This document shows positions 15,196-24,133 of a stretch of 64,000 nucleotides of DNA, piece by piece (within the stretch, counting starts at the first letter, position 1; each line of letters begins with the position of its first letter). Origin of the DNA: Gammaproteobacteria bacterium UBA2675. GTDB lineage: Bacteria; Pseudomonadota; Gammaproteobacteria; Pseudomonadales; Pseudohongiellaceae. Location of the stretch: NCBI GenBank assembly GCA_002354805.1, contig DEMH01000015.1, positions 116,021 to 180,020 of the forward strand, given 5' to 3'. A program made the position numbers and the translations under genes. The notes below the pieces were generated by a model. The model ran no database searches. It was not told the DNA's origin and saw only the letters and a list, made by a program, of their open reading frames with translations.

Positions 15196-16836
15196 ATGAC
15201 AATGCAACAGACTCCCTTACTAATGCACCGGTTGATGGACAGGGGCGCCATGCTGCAACCCGAGGTGGAGGTGCAGACGGCCACCGAAACTGGCGTTCGC
15301 AGCCAGACCATGCTGGAAACCCGAAATCGCGCGCACCAGCTCGCGCATGCGCTGCATGATGCCGGTGTCCAGATCGGGGATCGCGTTGCCACCTTCATGT
15401 GGAATGGCGCCAGACATCTTGAGTGCTATCACGCCATCGCGTGTATGGGGGCAGTGGTCCACACCTTGAATATCCGCCTTTCGCCAGTGGACCTTGAGTA
15501 CATCATCACTCACGCCAGGGATAAAGTTATTGTGGTTGATGCGGATATCCTGCCCTTGCTTGAAAAGCTTGACGGCAAGATGCCCAGTGTAGAAAAAATT
15601 GTAGTCGCGGCTGAGCCCGGGTTTGAAAACTGGTCTACTTCGCTGCCCAATGCGGTCGATTACGAGGAGTTCATCAAGGACAAGCCGACCCGTTACGAAT
15701 GGCCGGAAATTGATGAAAACTCACCCATGGGTCTTTGTTACACCAGTGGCACGACCGGCAAACCAAAAGGGGTGATGTACACTCACCGGGCCAACTATCT
15801 CCACACTATCTCTATCGCCATGACTGACGTCATGGGCCTGTCAGCCACAGATACCCTGTTGGGCATTGTGCCACTCTTCCATGCCAATGCCTGGGGTCTG
15901 CCCTGGGTTGCCACGATGCTGGGCATGAAGCAGGTCTACCCGCATCGCTTCATGGTGCCAGATCATCTGGCGAGACTGATTCGGGACTGCGATGTCACCA
16001 TCTCTGCAGGCGTGCCGACCATCTGGCAGGGCATCAAAGGTCTGATGGAAGCCAATCCGGGCAAGTATGAATTCAAGACGCTGACTCGCCTGACCTGCGG
16101 CGGTTCGGCGCCACCGCCCTCGTTGATTGAATGGTTCTGGGATGAGCTGGGCGTTGAAATGGTCCAGGGTTGGGGCATGACAGAAACCAGTCCCCTGGCA
16201 ACCATCAGCCGCCGGACAGGCAAACGAAAGCATCTTGAAATGTCTGATGCCGAGCGGGCTGCCAACCAGGCGAAAGCCGGCCTGCCGATTCCCGGGCTGG
16301 AGATCGAGATTTTTGATGACAAGTGGAATGCATTGCCGCATGACGGTAAAGCATTTGGTGAATTGCTGATTCGTGGTCCGTGGATATGCTCTGAGTATTT
16401 TAACAATCCTCAGCCGGACAAGTTCCACGATGGCTGGCTTATCACCGGCGACGTCGCCAAGATCGACCCGGAAGGCTATATCATCATTACCGACCGTTCC
16501 AAAGACTTGATCAAGTCGGGTGGGGAGTGGATTTCATCGGTGGATCTTGAAAACCATATCGCTGGCATGGCGGGTGTTGCCCAGGCCTGCGTCGTCGCGC
16601 ATCCTCATCCCAAATGGGATGAGCGACCGGTGGCCCTGGTAATCAAAAAGCCCGGCGCTGATGTGACCGGGGATCAGGTGCTTGCTCACTGCGAGCAGAA
16701 GTTTGCCAAATGGCAGCTGCCTGACGATGTGCTGTTTGTTGACAGCATCCCGCTGACGGCTACCGGCAAGATGGATAAGAAGGTTGTGCGTGCGCAACTT
16801 GAGTCAGACGGTTACAAACTGCCGGATCAGCGATAA
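15196..16836 (+). CDS. AMP-dependent acyl-CoA synthetase (medium/long-chain fatty acid--CoA ligase)
   Basis: AMP-binding motif LCYTSGTTGKPKGVMYTHR; GWGMTETS; C-terminal PLTATGKMDKK; AGGAG SD. Confidence 0.9.
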   Translation: MTMQQTPLLMHRLMDRGAMLQPEVEVQTATETGVRSQTMLETRNRAHQLAHALHDAGVQIGDRVATFMWNGARHLECYHAIACMGAVVHTLNIRLSPVDLEYIITHARDKVIVVDADILPLLEKLDGKMPSVEKIVVAAEPGFENWSTSLPNAVDYEEFIKDKPTRYEWPEIDENSPMGLCYTSGTTGKPKGVMYTHRANYLHTISIAMTDVMGLSATDTLLGIVPLFHANAWGLPWVATMLGMKQVYPHRFMVPDHLARLIRDCDVTISAGVPTIWQGIKGLMEANPGKYEFKTLTRLTCGGSAPPPSLIEWFWDELGVEMVQGWGMTETSPLATISRRTGKRKHLEMSDAERAANQAKAGLPIPGLEIEIFDDKWNALPHDGKAFGELLIRGPWICSEYFNNPQPDKFHDGWLITGDVAKIDPEGYIIITDRSKDLIKSGGEWISSVDLENHIAGMAGVAQACVVAHPHPKWDERPVALVIKKPGADVTGDQVLAHCEQKFAKWQLPDDVLFVDSIPLTATGKMDKKVVRAQLESDGYKLPDQR

Positions 16837-16946
16837 GCCAATCGGGTTTCAGCGGGCAGCCCAGTATCTTGTCGATACTGAGTTGCCCGATGCCCGTGAC
16901 GCATCCCGCCATTTGCTGCTGCGGATATTCCACCGGCCTGTTTCCT

Positions 16947-19900
16947 TCAAACGGGCAGCGCAGGTGGCCTCAACACCATTCTACAGACTGCCGGTATGAC
17001 CAGCAGCGTCAGCACGGTCGATGCCAGCAAACCGGAAATGATCGCCCAGGCCATTGGTGGCCACAAGGTTGAAGAGGACAGTGCCAGTGGCAGCAGCCCG
17101 GTCACTGTAGTGGCAGTTGTCAGCAGTATGGGACGTGTGCGACGTGTCACGGCTTCATTCACTGAGCGGTTGATGTCCATGCCCTGTTTCAAGCGTTGAT
17201 CGATGGCGTCAATCAGCACGATGGCATTATTCACAACAATGCCGACCAGGGCGATGATGCCGAGTAAGGGTTGAAAACCAAACGGTGAATTGCTGAGGAC
17301 CAGTCCGGGGAAGATGCCGGCCGCGGCCAGTGGCACGGTCAACAGAACGATGGCCACGCGTCGATAGGAATTGAACTGCGTTACCAGGAAAAACAACAGC
17401 AGCAGGATGCCGACCGGAGCTGTGTTGAGAATTGCCTGATTGGCTTCGCCTGAACTTTCTGCATCACCTCCATACTCAAGTCGGGTACCGGCTGGCAATG
17501 GTGATTCCGCCAGCTGCTGGTTCAGTGACTCGAGAACCTGACTGAAACTGTAGTCGGCCTGCAATCCAGAGGTTACACTGTAGTACCTGGCGCCGTTACG
17601 GTGCTGGATCGCAGCGGCCTGCCACTCGGCTTTCGGTTCCGCAATCATGACTAGTGGTATGGGCTCCCGGCCCGTACCGTAAACATAACTTGACATGATC
17701 TGTGGCACACTGGATCGGACTCCCTCGCTGGAGCGCAGAACGATAGCGACGGGGTCCAGCTCCTGGCGAAACTGGCTCGCGGTAATGCCAAAGCTGCGAC
17801 CAATCAATGCGGTGGCGACATCATTGCGGTCAGCACCAACACGCTGGGCACTGGCATCATCTGTTGTGAAATTGATGACTGGGGTTCCCAGATCGATATC
17901 ATGGCGAACGTCAGCAGCGCCTGGTGCCTGTTTTATCATCCGGAATATCTGTTCGGCGGCGGCCAGACGTGCTGAATCATCACCGTGATAAACGCGTACC
18001 TCCACAGGTGCCGCTCTGGGTGGTCCCTGTGCCAGCGTTCCTGCAACCAGGTCCATCTGGGGCAGTCTGGGTGCCAGCTCGCCCCGGAGCCATTCAATCA
18101 GTGGTTCGGTGGCTGCCAGCGAGGTCATATTAACTACCAGTCGGGCGCGATTCGGAGCGCGGGTGGCATTGGGAAGGTTGTAATAAAAACCTGGGCCGGT
18201 AAAACCCACAAATCGATGCACACTGGTGACATGATTCTGCTCACGAATCAGACGTTCGACGGCCGCCGACTCCCGGTCGGTATGGGCCTGGTCCGTGCCC
18301 TCCGGCAGGAATATCTCAACAACCACCTGTGCTCTGTCGGCATTCGGGAAGAACTGTACATTGATCAACGAAACAGTCATGAAGCTGCCGGTGACAAGCA
18401 ACAGCCCGGCGGCAATAATGCGACGTGGCGCTCGTTCGCTTAGCTGCCCCAGTCTCGTGCCAAGCGTCTCGAACCAGCGGCCGCGCCGTGTAGGCGCTGG
18501 GTTGAGGAACCATCCGGCCAGCAGTGGAGTCACACTGATCGCCAGCAGGTAGCTGACGCTGAGCGTCAGCATGATCATGACGGGGATCCCGCGTGTGAAA
18601 TCTGCGGTACCGCCGCTGGACAGCAGCAGCGGAGTGAAGGCAGCCAGTGTTGTTCCTGTTGATGCGCCCAGCGGGCCGGCAAGTTCCGTTACCGCCTGGC
18701 GCATCGCCTGCTCGCGTGTTTCCCCGTCATTCAGGCGTGCCTGGATGTTTTCTACGATGACAATTGCATTATCGATAAGTATGCCCAGGGATATGACCAT
18801 GCCAATCACAGCAATCTGATGCAGAACGCCATTGCCCAGGTTGTAAATGCCAAGGCTTATCAGTGTAACCATTGGCAGCATGGTTGCTACCAGCAGCCCC
18901 ATGCGCCATCCCATGCCGAGAAATACCACGCCGGTAATAATGAGCATGCTGACTAGCAGGCTTTGCTGGAGGTCATTCAGGCGCTCGGCAACCTGATCTG
19001 GCTGGAAAAACATTTCGCGGATTTCCAGAGGGGCAAACTGTCCGCGCAGGCCAGCCACTCGCTCCCTGACGGCTGTGCCGAAATTGATAGCATCGATACT
19101 GTTGCTGCGGGGATATATATTTACAGTCACCACACGCTCCCCATCCTGGTAGGTCGCCGGTTGCGCGGGCTCGACAGGACCGCGCCAGATGTCGGCAATG
19201 CTGCCCAGTGGCAGTGTTTCACCGTCAGCCAGCATGACCTGAGTGTGGCGCAGCGCGTCTACTGATTCAAACTCCGTATTGCTGCGAAGTGCCACACGCT
19301 GCTGGCCGGCGACAAGGAATCCACCTGGCACAAGCTCATTGCGCTGGCTTAGAAGTCCTGCGATGGATGCAGGTGTCAGTCCCAGTCGAAGCAACTCTGC
19401 ATCGTGAACAGCGATAGTAATCTGCTCATCAACATCACCTTCAATTTCTATCCGTGACAGTCCGGGCAGGCCGGCAAGACCCCGTTTCAGCCGCTCGGCA
19501 GCGAGACTCAATTCAACAATCGAAGGCGAGCCGGCAATAGCCAGCACCACTGCCGGCAGATCGGTCAGTCTGTCGTCTAATTCAGGACTGCCTGTGCCAG
19601 CGGGAAACTCTCTCTGTGCCCGATCCATGGCCTGTCTGACCCGATCCCAGGCTGGATCTGTGTCATAGATAGTCTCCTGCAGGCTGATTGAGAGCAGAGC
19701 AACGCCCGTGCGCGCCGTAGCCATGAATTCCTGAATCTCCTCAACCTGCGCCAGCTCGTCTTCCAGTGGTTCCAGCAACAAACGCTCGATGGCGCCAGCA
19801 GTAGCGCCTGGATAGTCGACGGTAATCAGACCATTGCGGGACGGGAATTGCGGGTCTTCCTGGCGTGCCATGCTGCCATAGGATGCCAGGCCGCTGAGAC

Positions 19901-19958
19901 AAAGCATTGTCATGATTAACATGACAAGTCGTGGCCGGGCCAGCACAAACTTGCTCAT
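16947..19958 (-). CDS. RND efflux transporter, inner-membrane permease (AcrB/AcrD/AcrF family)
   Basis: 1003 aa with a 12-TM RND layout and typical segments VISLGILIDNAIVIVENI and IALVGIVVNNAIVLIDAI. Confidence 0.95.
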   Translation of the reverse strand: MSKFVLARPRLVMLIMTMLCLSGLASYGSMARQEDPQFPSRNGLITVDYPGATAGAIERLLLEPLEDELAQVEEIQEFMATARTGVALLSISLQETIYDTDPAWDRVRQAMDRAQREFPAGTGSPELDDRLTDLPAVVLAIAGSPSIVELSLAAERLKRGLAGLPGLSRIEIEGDVDEQITIAVHDAELLRLGLTPASIAGLLSQRNELVPGGFLVAGQQRVALRSNTEFESVDALRHTQVMLADGETLPLGSIADIWRGPVEPAQPATYQDGERVVTVNIYPRSNSIDAINFGTAVRERVAGLRGQFAPLEIREMFFQPDQVAERLNDLQQSLLVSMLIITGVVFLGMGWRMGLLVATMLPMVTLISLGIYNLGNGVLHQIAVIGMVISLGILIDNAIVIVENIQARLNDGETREQAMRQAVTELAGPLGASTGTTLAAFTPLLLSSGGTADFTRGIPVMIMLTLSVSYLLAISVTPLLAGWFLNPAPTRRGRWFETLGTRLGQLSERAPRRIIAAGLLLVTGSFMTVSLINVQFFPNADRAQVVVEIFLPEGTDQAHTDRESAAVERLIREQNHVTSVHRFVGFTGPGFYYNLPNATRAPNRARLVVNMTSLAATEPLIEWLRGELAPRLPQMDLVAGTLAQGPPRAAPVEVRVYHGDDSARLAAAEQIFRMIKQAPGAADVRHDIDLGTPVINFTTDDASAQRVGADRNDVATALIGRSFGITASQFRQELDPVAIVLRSSEGVRSSVPQIMSSYVYGTGREPIPLVMIAEPKAEWQAAAIQHRNGARYYSVTSGLQADYSFSQVLESLNQQLAESPLPAGTRLEYGGDAESSGEANQAILNTAPVGILLLLFFLVTQFNSYRRVAIVLLTVPLAAAGIFPGLVLSNSPFGFQPLLGIIALVGIVVNNAIVLIDAIDQRLKQGMDINRSVNEAVTRRTRPILLTTATTVTGLLPLALSSSTLWPPMAWAIISGLLASTVLTLLVIPAVCRMVLRPPALPV

Positions 19959-21076
19959 GGCAGCACCTCGACCAGATCCCCGTCAGTCAGACGTGTCAGC
20001 CCTGCATAAACAACAGCGTCACCCGCTGCCAGTGTTTCTGTGTCAGGTGTCGATGCCAGAATGGCCAGCTCACCCTGAATCTGGCTGACAGTAACGGGTA
20101 CACGTTCAGCACGGCCGTCTGTCAGACGGAATACAGACAGGCCTCCCGCAGAACGCATAATGGCCGTAATTGGCAGCGCCAATGCATTGCCCTGCGACTG
20201 GTTGATGCTGACTTCGACCGCCTCGCCGGTCCGTAAATGCGGATCATCCATTGATACGACAAGAGGGTAAAGCGAACTGCGAGTATTGCTTTGCCCAAGT
20301 TCCAGCACCTGGCCAGACAGGCGGCGCCCGTCCAGGCTGCGGCGGACATTCACCGTTTGGCCGATGTGTAAATTGCCAATCAGGTGTGGGGGGAGATTTA
20401 CCTCCACTTCGAGACCGTCATCAGAGGACATTCGCATCACCGCCTGCCCGGGCTGCAGGTACTCACCAGGTTCGAGCAGCACGTTTTCGATGGTGCCGGC
20501 AAACGGCGCCCGAAGTTCGGACTCTACGAGCATGTCCTCTGCCTGTGACAGTTCGGCCTTAGCATTGTCGAGAGCAGCCTGCAGGCTTTCGAGGCGGGCC
20601 TGCTGCTGTTCCAGGTCCTGAATCGCCACGATTCCCCGACTGTGCAGCGCGTCGATGCGTTGCAGTTCTCGTTTCGCCTGAGAGTGGTCGCTGCTCAGCT
20701 GCGCCAGGCGGGCCTGCGCAGCGTCACGCGCCGGCGCCAGTTGAGGGTTGTGAAGTCGTGCCAGCAGCTGATTCGCGTCAACCGGGTCGCCAATCTCCAC
20801 ATGGCGCTCTGCCAGCGTACCGCTAAGCTGAAAGCTGAGTGTGGCCCGTTGTCTGACCCGTGTGGTGCCCGCGAAATAATAGTCAGGAAAGGAATCAACC
20901 GTTTGCACGGCAGTTGCGCGCACACTGACACGATCGGACACTGGGGCCTGGTTTTCGATTTCGCTGATGTCGCCGCATGCCGCCAGCAGCATCAAAGCTG
21001 GCAAGATAACGGCTTTGGCTCTGACAATTACTGGCAGACATCGCTGTTGTCGGGGGGGCACGGTAGAATGACGCAT
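19955..21076 (-). CDS. RND efflux periplasmic adaptor (membrane fusion protein, HlyD/AcrA family), lipoprotein
   Basis: Lipobox LLAAC; coiled-coil hairpin (AQARLAQLSSDHSQAKRELQR...QQQARLESLQAALDNAKAEL); ATGA overlap with the RND gene. Confidence 0.9.
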   Translation of the reverse strand: MRHSTVPPRQQRCLPVIVRAKAVILPALMLLAACGDISEIENQAPVSDRVSVRATAVQTVDSFPDYYFAGTTRVRQRATLSFQLSGTLAERHVEIGDPVDANQLLARLHNPQLAPARDAAQARLAQLSSDHSQAKRELQRIDALHSRGIVAIQDLEQQQARLESLQAALDNAKAELSQAEDMLVESELRAPFAGTIENVLLEPGEYLQPGQAVMRMSSDDGLEVEVNLPPHLIGNLHIGQTVNVRRSLDGRRLSGQVLELGQSNTRSSLYPLVVSMDDPHLRTGEAVEVSINQSQGNALALPITAIMRSAGGLSVFRLTDGRAERVPVTVSQIQGELAILASTPDTETLAAGDAVVYAGLTRLTDGDLVEVLP

Positions 21077-21109
21077 TCAAGTCACCTCGTGGTCGGGCTG
21101 CTGACAACT

Positions 21110-21217
21110 TGACAGCTTGTGCACCGTCGATTGATTGATAATGGTGTGCTTGCAACAAGGCCGGGCACTGGTTTGTGGATTTATTGACAGTTTGTCAGTT
21201 ATTGACATAATGTCAAT
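21110..21217. promoter_or_regulatory. array of three TGACA-N3-TGTCA inverted repeats in the divergent RND / TetR promoter region
   Basis: Site 1: 21110-21122, TGACA-GCT-TGTGC. Site 2: 21185-21197, TGACA-GTT-TGTCA. Site 3: 21201-21217, ATTGACA-TAA-TGTCAAT. Sites 2 and 3 overlap a TTGACA (21184-89)-N16-CATAAT (21206-11) promoter facing the TetR gene. Confidence 0.55.
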
Positions 21218-21246
21218 ACTTCTAAGATAGGAATATTGAGGACAAG

Positions 21247-21981
21247 ATGGCCAAGTCAGTTTCCGAATCCGGGGAGCCCCAGAGTGCCGCGGCCAAACGG
21301 CGTGAGCGCGACCGGTTGCGCCGGCACAACGATATTCTGGACGCCGCCGAAGAGGTTTTTTTTAAAAAGGGCGTGGAGCAGACAACCATGGACGATATCG
21401 CCAGGGCCGCGGCTTTGAGCAGAGCCTTGCTGTATGTCTATTTCGCCGACAAGCTGGCCATCTGGCGGGGTATCGTGCTGCGCGCCGGGACGGCACTGAG
21501 ACTTCGTTTCGAGCGTGCACTTGCCAGCAGTGACTCAGGGCTTGGTCAGATCATGGCGATAGGGGAGGCCTATTATCTGTTCTCCTGCGAATCACCCGAA
21601 TACTTCGACGTCCTGACCAGTGTTTCGACCTTGCCAGAGCCGGAGCAGACTGACGCACAGGCGGTTGACATGGACGTTTGCCGTGAGCAGATTAATCAAT
21701 GCATGGTTCAGGCCCTGGTCAATGGTCTGACAGATGGAACACTTAGCGGGCAGCGGATTGATGACCCGCTGCAAACAGCTTTTTATCTGCAGGGCGCACT
21801 GCATGGTGTCATCATGCAGACCCGGTCTGGTAAATCGAAGCTGAGTACCTCGGCAAATTCCGATAAACTGATTCGCTACACCATTCAGCGTTTGACATTC
21901 TCCATCGCCAGCTCATCGCCGGTAAATGATGGTGCTGTTGTTGCACCCACCAAAACCAAGACCCGTTCTGACAAGAGGTAG
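21247..21981 (+). CDS. TetR family transcriptional regulator
   Basis: ILDAAEEVFFKKGVEQTTMDDIARAAALSRALLYVYFADK HTH; divergent from the RND operon and 12 nt upstream of the acyl-CoA dehydrogenase gene. Confidence 0.9.
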   Translation: MAKSVSESGEPQSAAAKRRERDRLRRHNDILDAAEEVFFKKGVEQTTMDDIARAAALSRALLYVYFADKLAIWRGIVLRAGTALRLRFERALASSDSGLGQIMAIGEAYYLFSCESPEYFDVLTSVSTLPEPEQTDAQAVDMDVCREQINQCMVQALVNGLTDGTLSGQRIDDPLQTAFYLQGALHGVIMQTRSGKSKLSTSANSDKLIRYTIQRLTFSIASSSPVNDGAVVAPTKTKTRSDKR

Positions 21982-21992
21982 TACTGATCATT

Positions 21993-23798
21993 ATGTCCTC
22001 TCTGATACTCAACCGACGTGACATTGAATTTCTGCTGTACGAGTGGCTGGATGCCGAAAAGCTGACCGAGCTGCCCCGATATCGGGATCATAATCGGGAG
22101 ACATTTGATGCCGTTCTGGATTTGAGTGAACAGATGGCAGCCGATCGTTTCGCCAATCACAACAAGCTCAATGACAGCAACGAACCCTGGTTTGATGGCG
22201 AACGTGTGCATATGATTCCAGAGGTAAAGGTGGCGCTTGATACGTTTGGAGAAGCGGGTCTGGTCGCCGCCGGGCAGGACTATGAACTGGGTGGAATGCA
22301 ATTGCCGACGGTGGTTGAAAAGGCCTGTTTTGCATGGTTTCTTGCCGCCAACGTAGGCACGGCGGCCTATCCCTTCCTGACCATCGGTAATGCCAATCTG
22401 CTGTTGGCGCATGGCAGCCGGGAGCAGATAGAAACCTGGGTAAAACCCATGATGGAAGGGCGTTTTTTCGGCACGATGTGTCTGTCCGAACCGCAGGCAG
22501 GGTCATCACTCGCGGATGTGCGCTGTCTGGCGGAGCCGCAGGATGATAGCAGTTATCGCTTGAAGGGCAACAAGATGTGGATTTCTGGCGGAGAGCATTC
22601 GCTGTCCGAGAATATCGTGCATCTGGTGCTGGCCAGAACGCCAGGGGCGCCGGCTGGCGTCAAGGGTATCTCCCTGTTCATTGTGCCACGTCAGCTGGTC
22701 AATGCCGATGGTTCCCTGGGCGAGCGCAATGATGTGGTGCTTGCCGGACTGAATCACAAAATGGGCTACCGTGGCACGACTAACACATTGCTGAACTTTG
22801 GAGAGGGGAAGTTCCAGCCGCAGGGCAAAGCAGGGGCGGTAGCCTACCTGGTCGGTGAGGAACATAAAGGTCTGGTGTACATGTTTCACATGATGAATGA
22901 GGCGCGCATTGGGGTCGGCCTGGGCGCTGCAGCACTCGGGTACACCGGTTACCTGCACGCACTGGATTACGCCCGTGAGCGACGCCAGGGGCGCTCGGTG
23001 ACAAATAAAGACCCGTTGATGGCTCCCGTCAGATTGATAGATCACGCTGATGTGCGGCGCATGTTGCTGGCACAGAAGGCCTACGTTGAGGGCGGACTTG
23101 CGCTTAATCTGTATTGTGCCAGGCTTGTGGATCTGGAACGCGAAGCACTGGATGAAGAGCGCGATCAGCACACTCTGCTGCTGGATATTCTGACTCCGAT
23201 TGCCAAAAGCTGGCCTTCACAGTGGTGTCTGGAAGCCAATAACCTCGCAATTCAGGTTCACGGTGGTTACGGTTACACCCGCGATTACAACGTCGAGCAA
23301 TTCTATCGTGACAATCGGCTCAATCCCATCCATGAAGGCACTCATGGTATTCAGGCACTGGATCTGCTGGGCCGCAAGGTGGTGATGCAAAATGGTGCAG
23401 CGCTCGAATTGTTGACCCAGCTTATACTGCAGAGCAGCCAGCAGGCCGCCGCCCAGCCAGAACTTGCTGAATTTGCGGCCGAGCTGGATGCTGCCCTTTA
23501 TCGACTGCTTGATGTTACCGGCCAACTCCATAGTGCTGGTTTTCTGGAACTGACGCTGGCGAATGCTTCTTTATATCTGGAGACAATGGGGCACATTGTT
23601 GTAGCGTGGATATGGCTGGAGCAGATGCTGGTAGCGCAGGGTCATAAACTGGCAGGGCAGCCCGATGACTTCTATCTTGGCAAGCTGCAGGCTGGCCAGT
23701 ACTTCTTTCGATGGGAGCTGGCGCGAACCGGCCCCTGGCTCGACACCCTGGCATCCCTGGACAGCACCTGTCTGGATATGCGGGACAACTGGTTCTAA
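21993..23798 (+). CDS. large (about 600 aa) acyl-CoA dehydrogenase, FadE-like
   Basis: FGTMCLSEPQAGSSLADV, WISGGEH, VHGGYGYTRDYNVEQFYRDNRLNPIHEGTHGIQ, plus a C-terminal extension typical of long ACADs. Confidence 0.9.
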   Translation: MSSLILNRRDIEFLLYEWLDAEKLTELPRYRDHNRETFDAVLDLSEQMAADRFANHNKLNDSNEPWFDGERVHMIPEVKVALDTFGEAGLVAAGQDYELGGMQLPTVVEKACFAWFLAANVGTAAYPFLTIGNANLLLAHGSREQIETWVKPMMEGRFFGTMCLSEPQAGSSLADVRCLAEPQDDSSYRLKGNKMWISGGEHSLSENIVHLVLARTPGAPAGVKGISLFIVPRQLVNADGSLGERNDVVLAGLNHKMGYRGTTNTLLNFGEGKFQPQGKAGAVAYLVGEEHKGLVYMFHMMNEARIGVGLGAAALGYTGYLHALDYARERRQGRSVTNKDPLMAPVRLIDHADVRRMLLAQKAYVEGGLALNLYCARLVDLEREALDEERDQHTLLLDILTPIAKSWPSQWCLEANNLAIQVHGGYGYTRDYNVEQFYRDNRLNPIHEGTHGIQALDLLGRKVVMQNGAALELLTQLILQSSQQAAAQPELAEFAAELDAALYRLLDVTGQLHSAGFLELTLANASLYLETMGHIVVAWIWLEQMLVAQGHKLAGQPDDFYLGKLQAGQYFFRWELARTGPWLDTLASLDSTCLDMRDNWF

Positions 23799-23809
23799 AA
23801 GACTCCCAA

Positions 23810-23832
23810 TTTGTGACACAAGGTGTCACAAA
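23810..23832. promoter_or_regulatory. perfect 10-bp inverted repeat TTTGTGACAC-AAG-GTGTCACAAA
   Basis: Read directly. It contains the same TGACA/TGTCA half-sites as the 21.1-21.2 kb array but with a 5-nt spacing. It starts 12 nt after the ACAD stop codon and ends 10 nt before the terminator stem at 23843. Confidence 0.4.
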
Positions 23833-23842
23833 CACTCATGAC

Positions 23843-23884
23843 AACCCCTGTGAAGGCTGTCCGGCGCACAGGGGTTTGTTGGTT
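23843..23884 (+). terminator. rho-independent terminator after the acyl-CoA dehydrogenase gene
   Basis: AACCCCTGTG...CACAGGGGTT stem followed by TGTTGGTT. Confidence 0.7.
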
Positions 23885-24133
23885 CAGGCGTCGGTAAGTC
23901 AGGCATCAGCTGCGACAGGACGAGCGTTCTGTCGGTCGAATGAACCCGTTTTTATTTGTATCAGAGTTGTAACAGCAATTGTGATTTTTTTTACCAGAGC
24001 GCCAAAGCTCTGATTACTTGAGTATAGTCCAGCGGTGCGAAAGCTGACGTTTGTCGCTACTCGTCTGCTTTGCGGCCATCAAGAGCCTACACTGAAGTAC
24101 TAATTAAAATTATAAACGGAGTGATACAACGCA

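Noticed and set aside
23885-24133. Possible cobalamin riboswitch upstream of the second TonB-dependent receptor.
   Set aside because: No B12-box-like element (GCCACTG-type core) or conserved riboswitch helices were visible. The region is just AT-rich promoter sequence.
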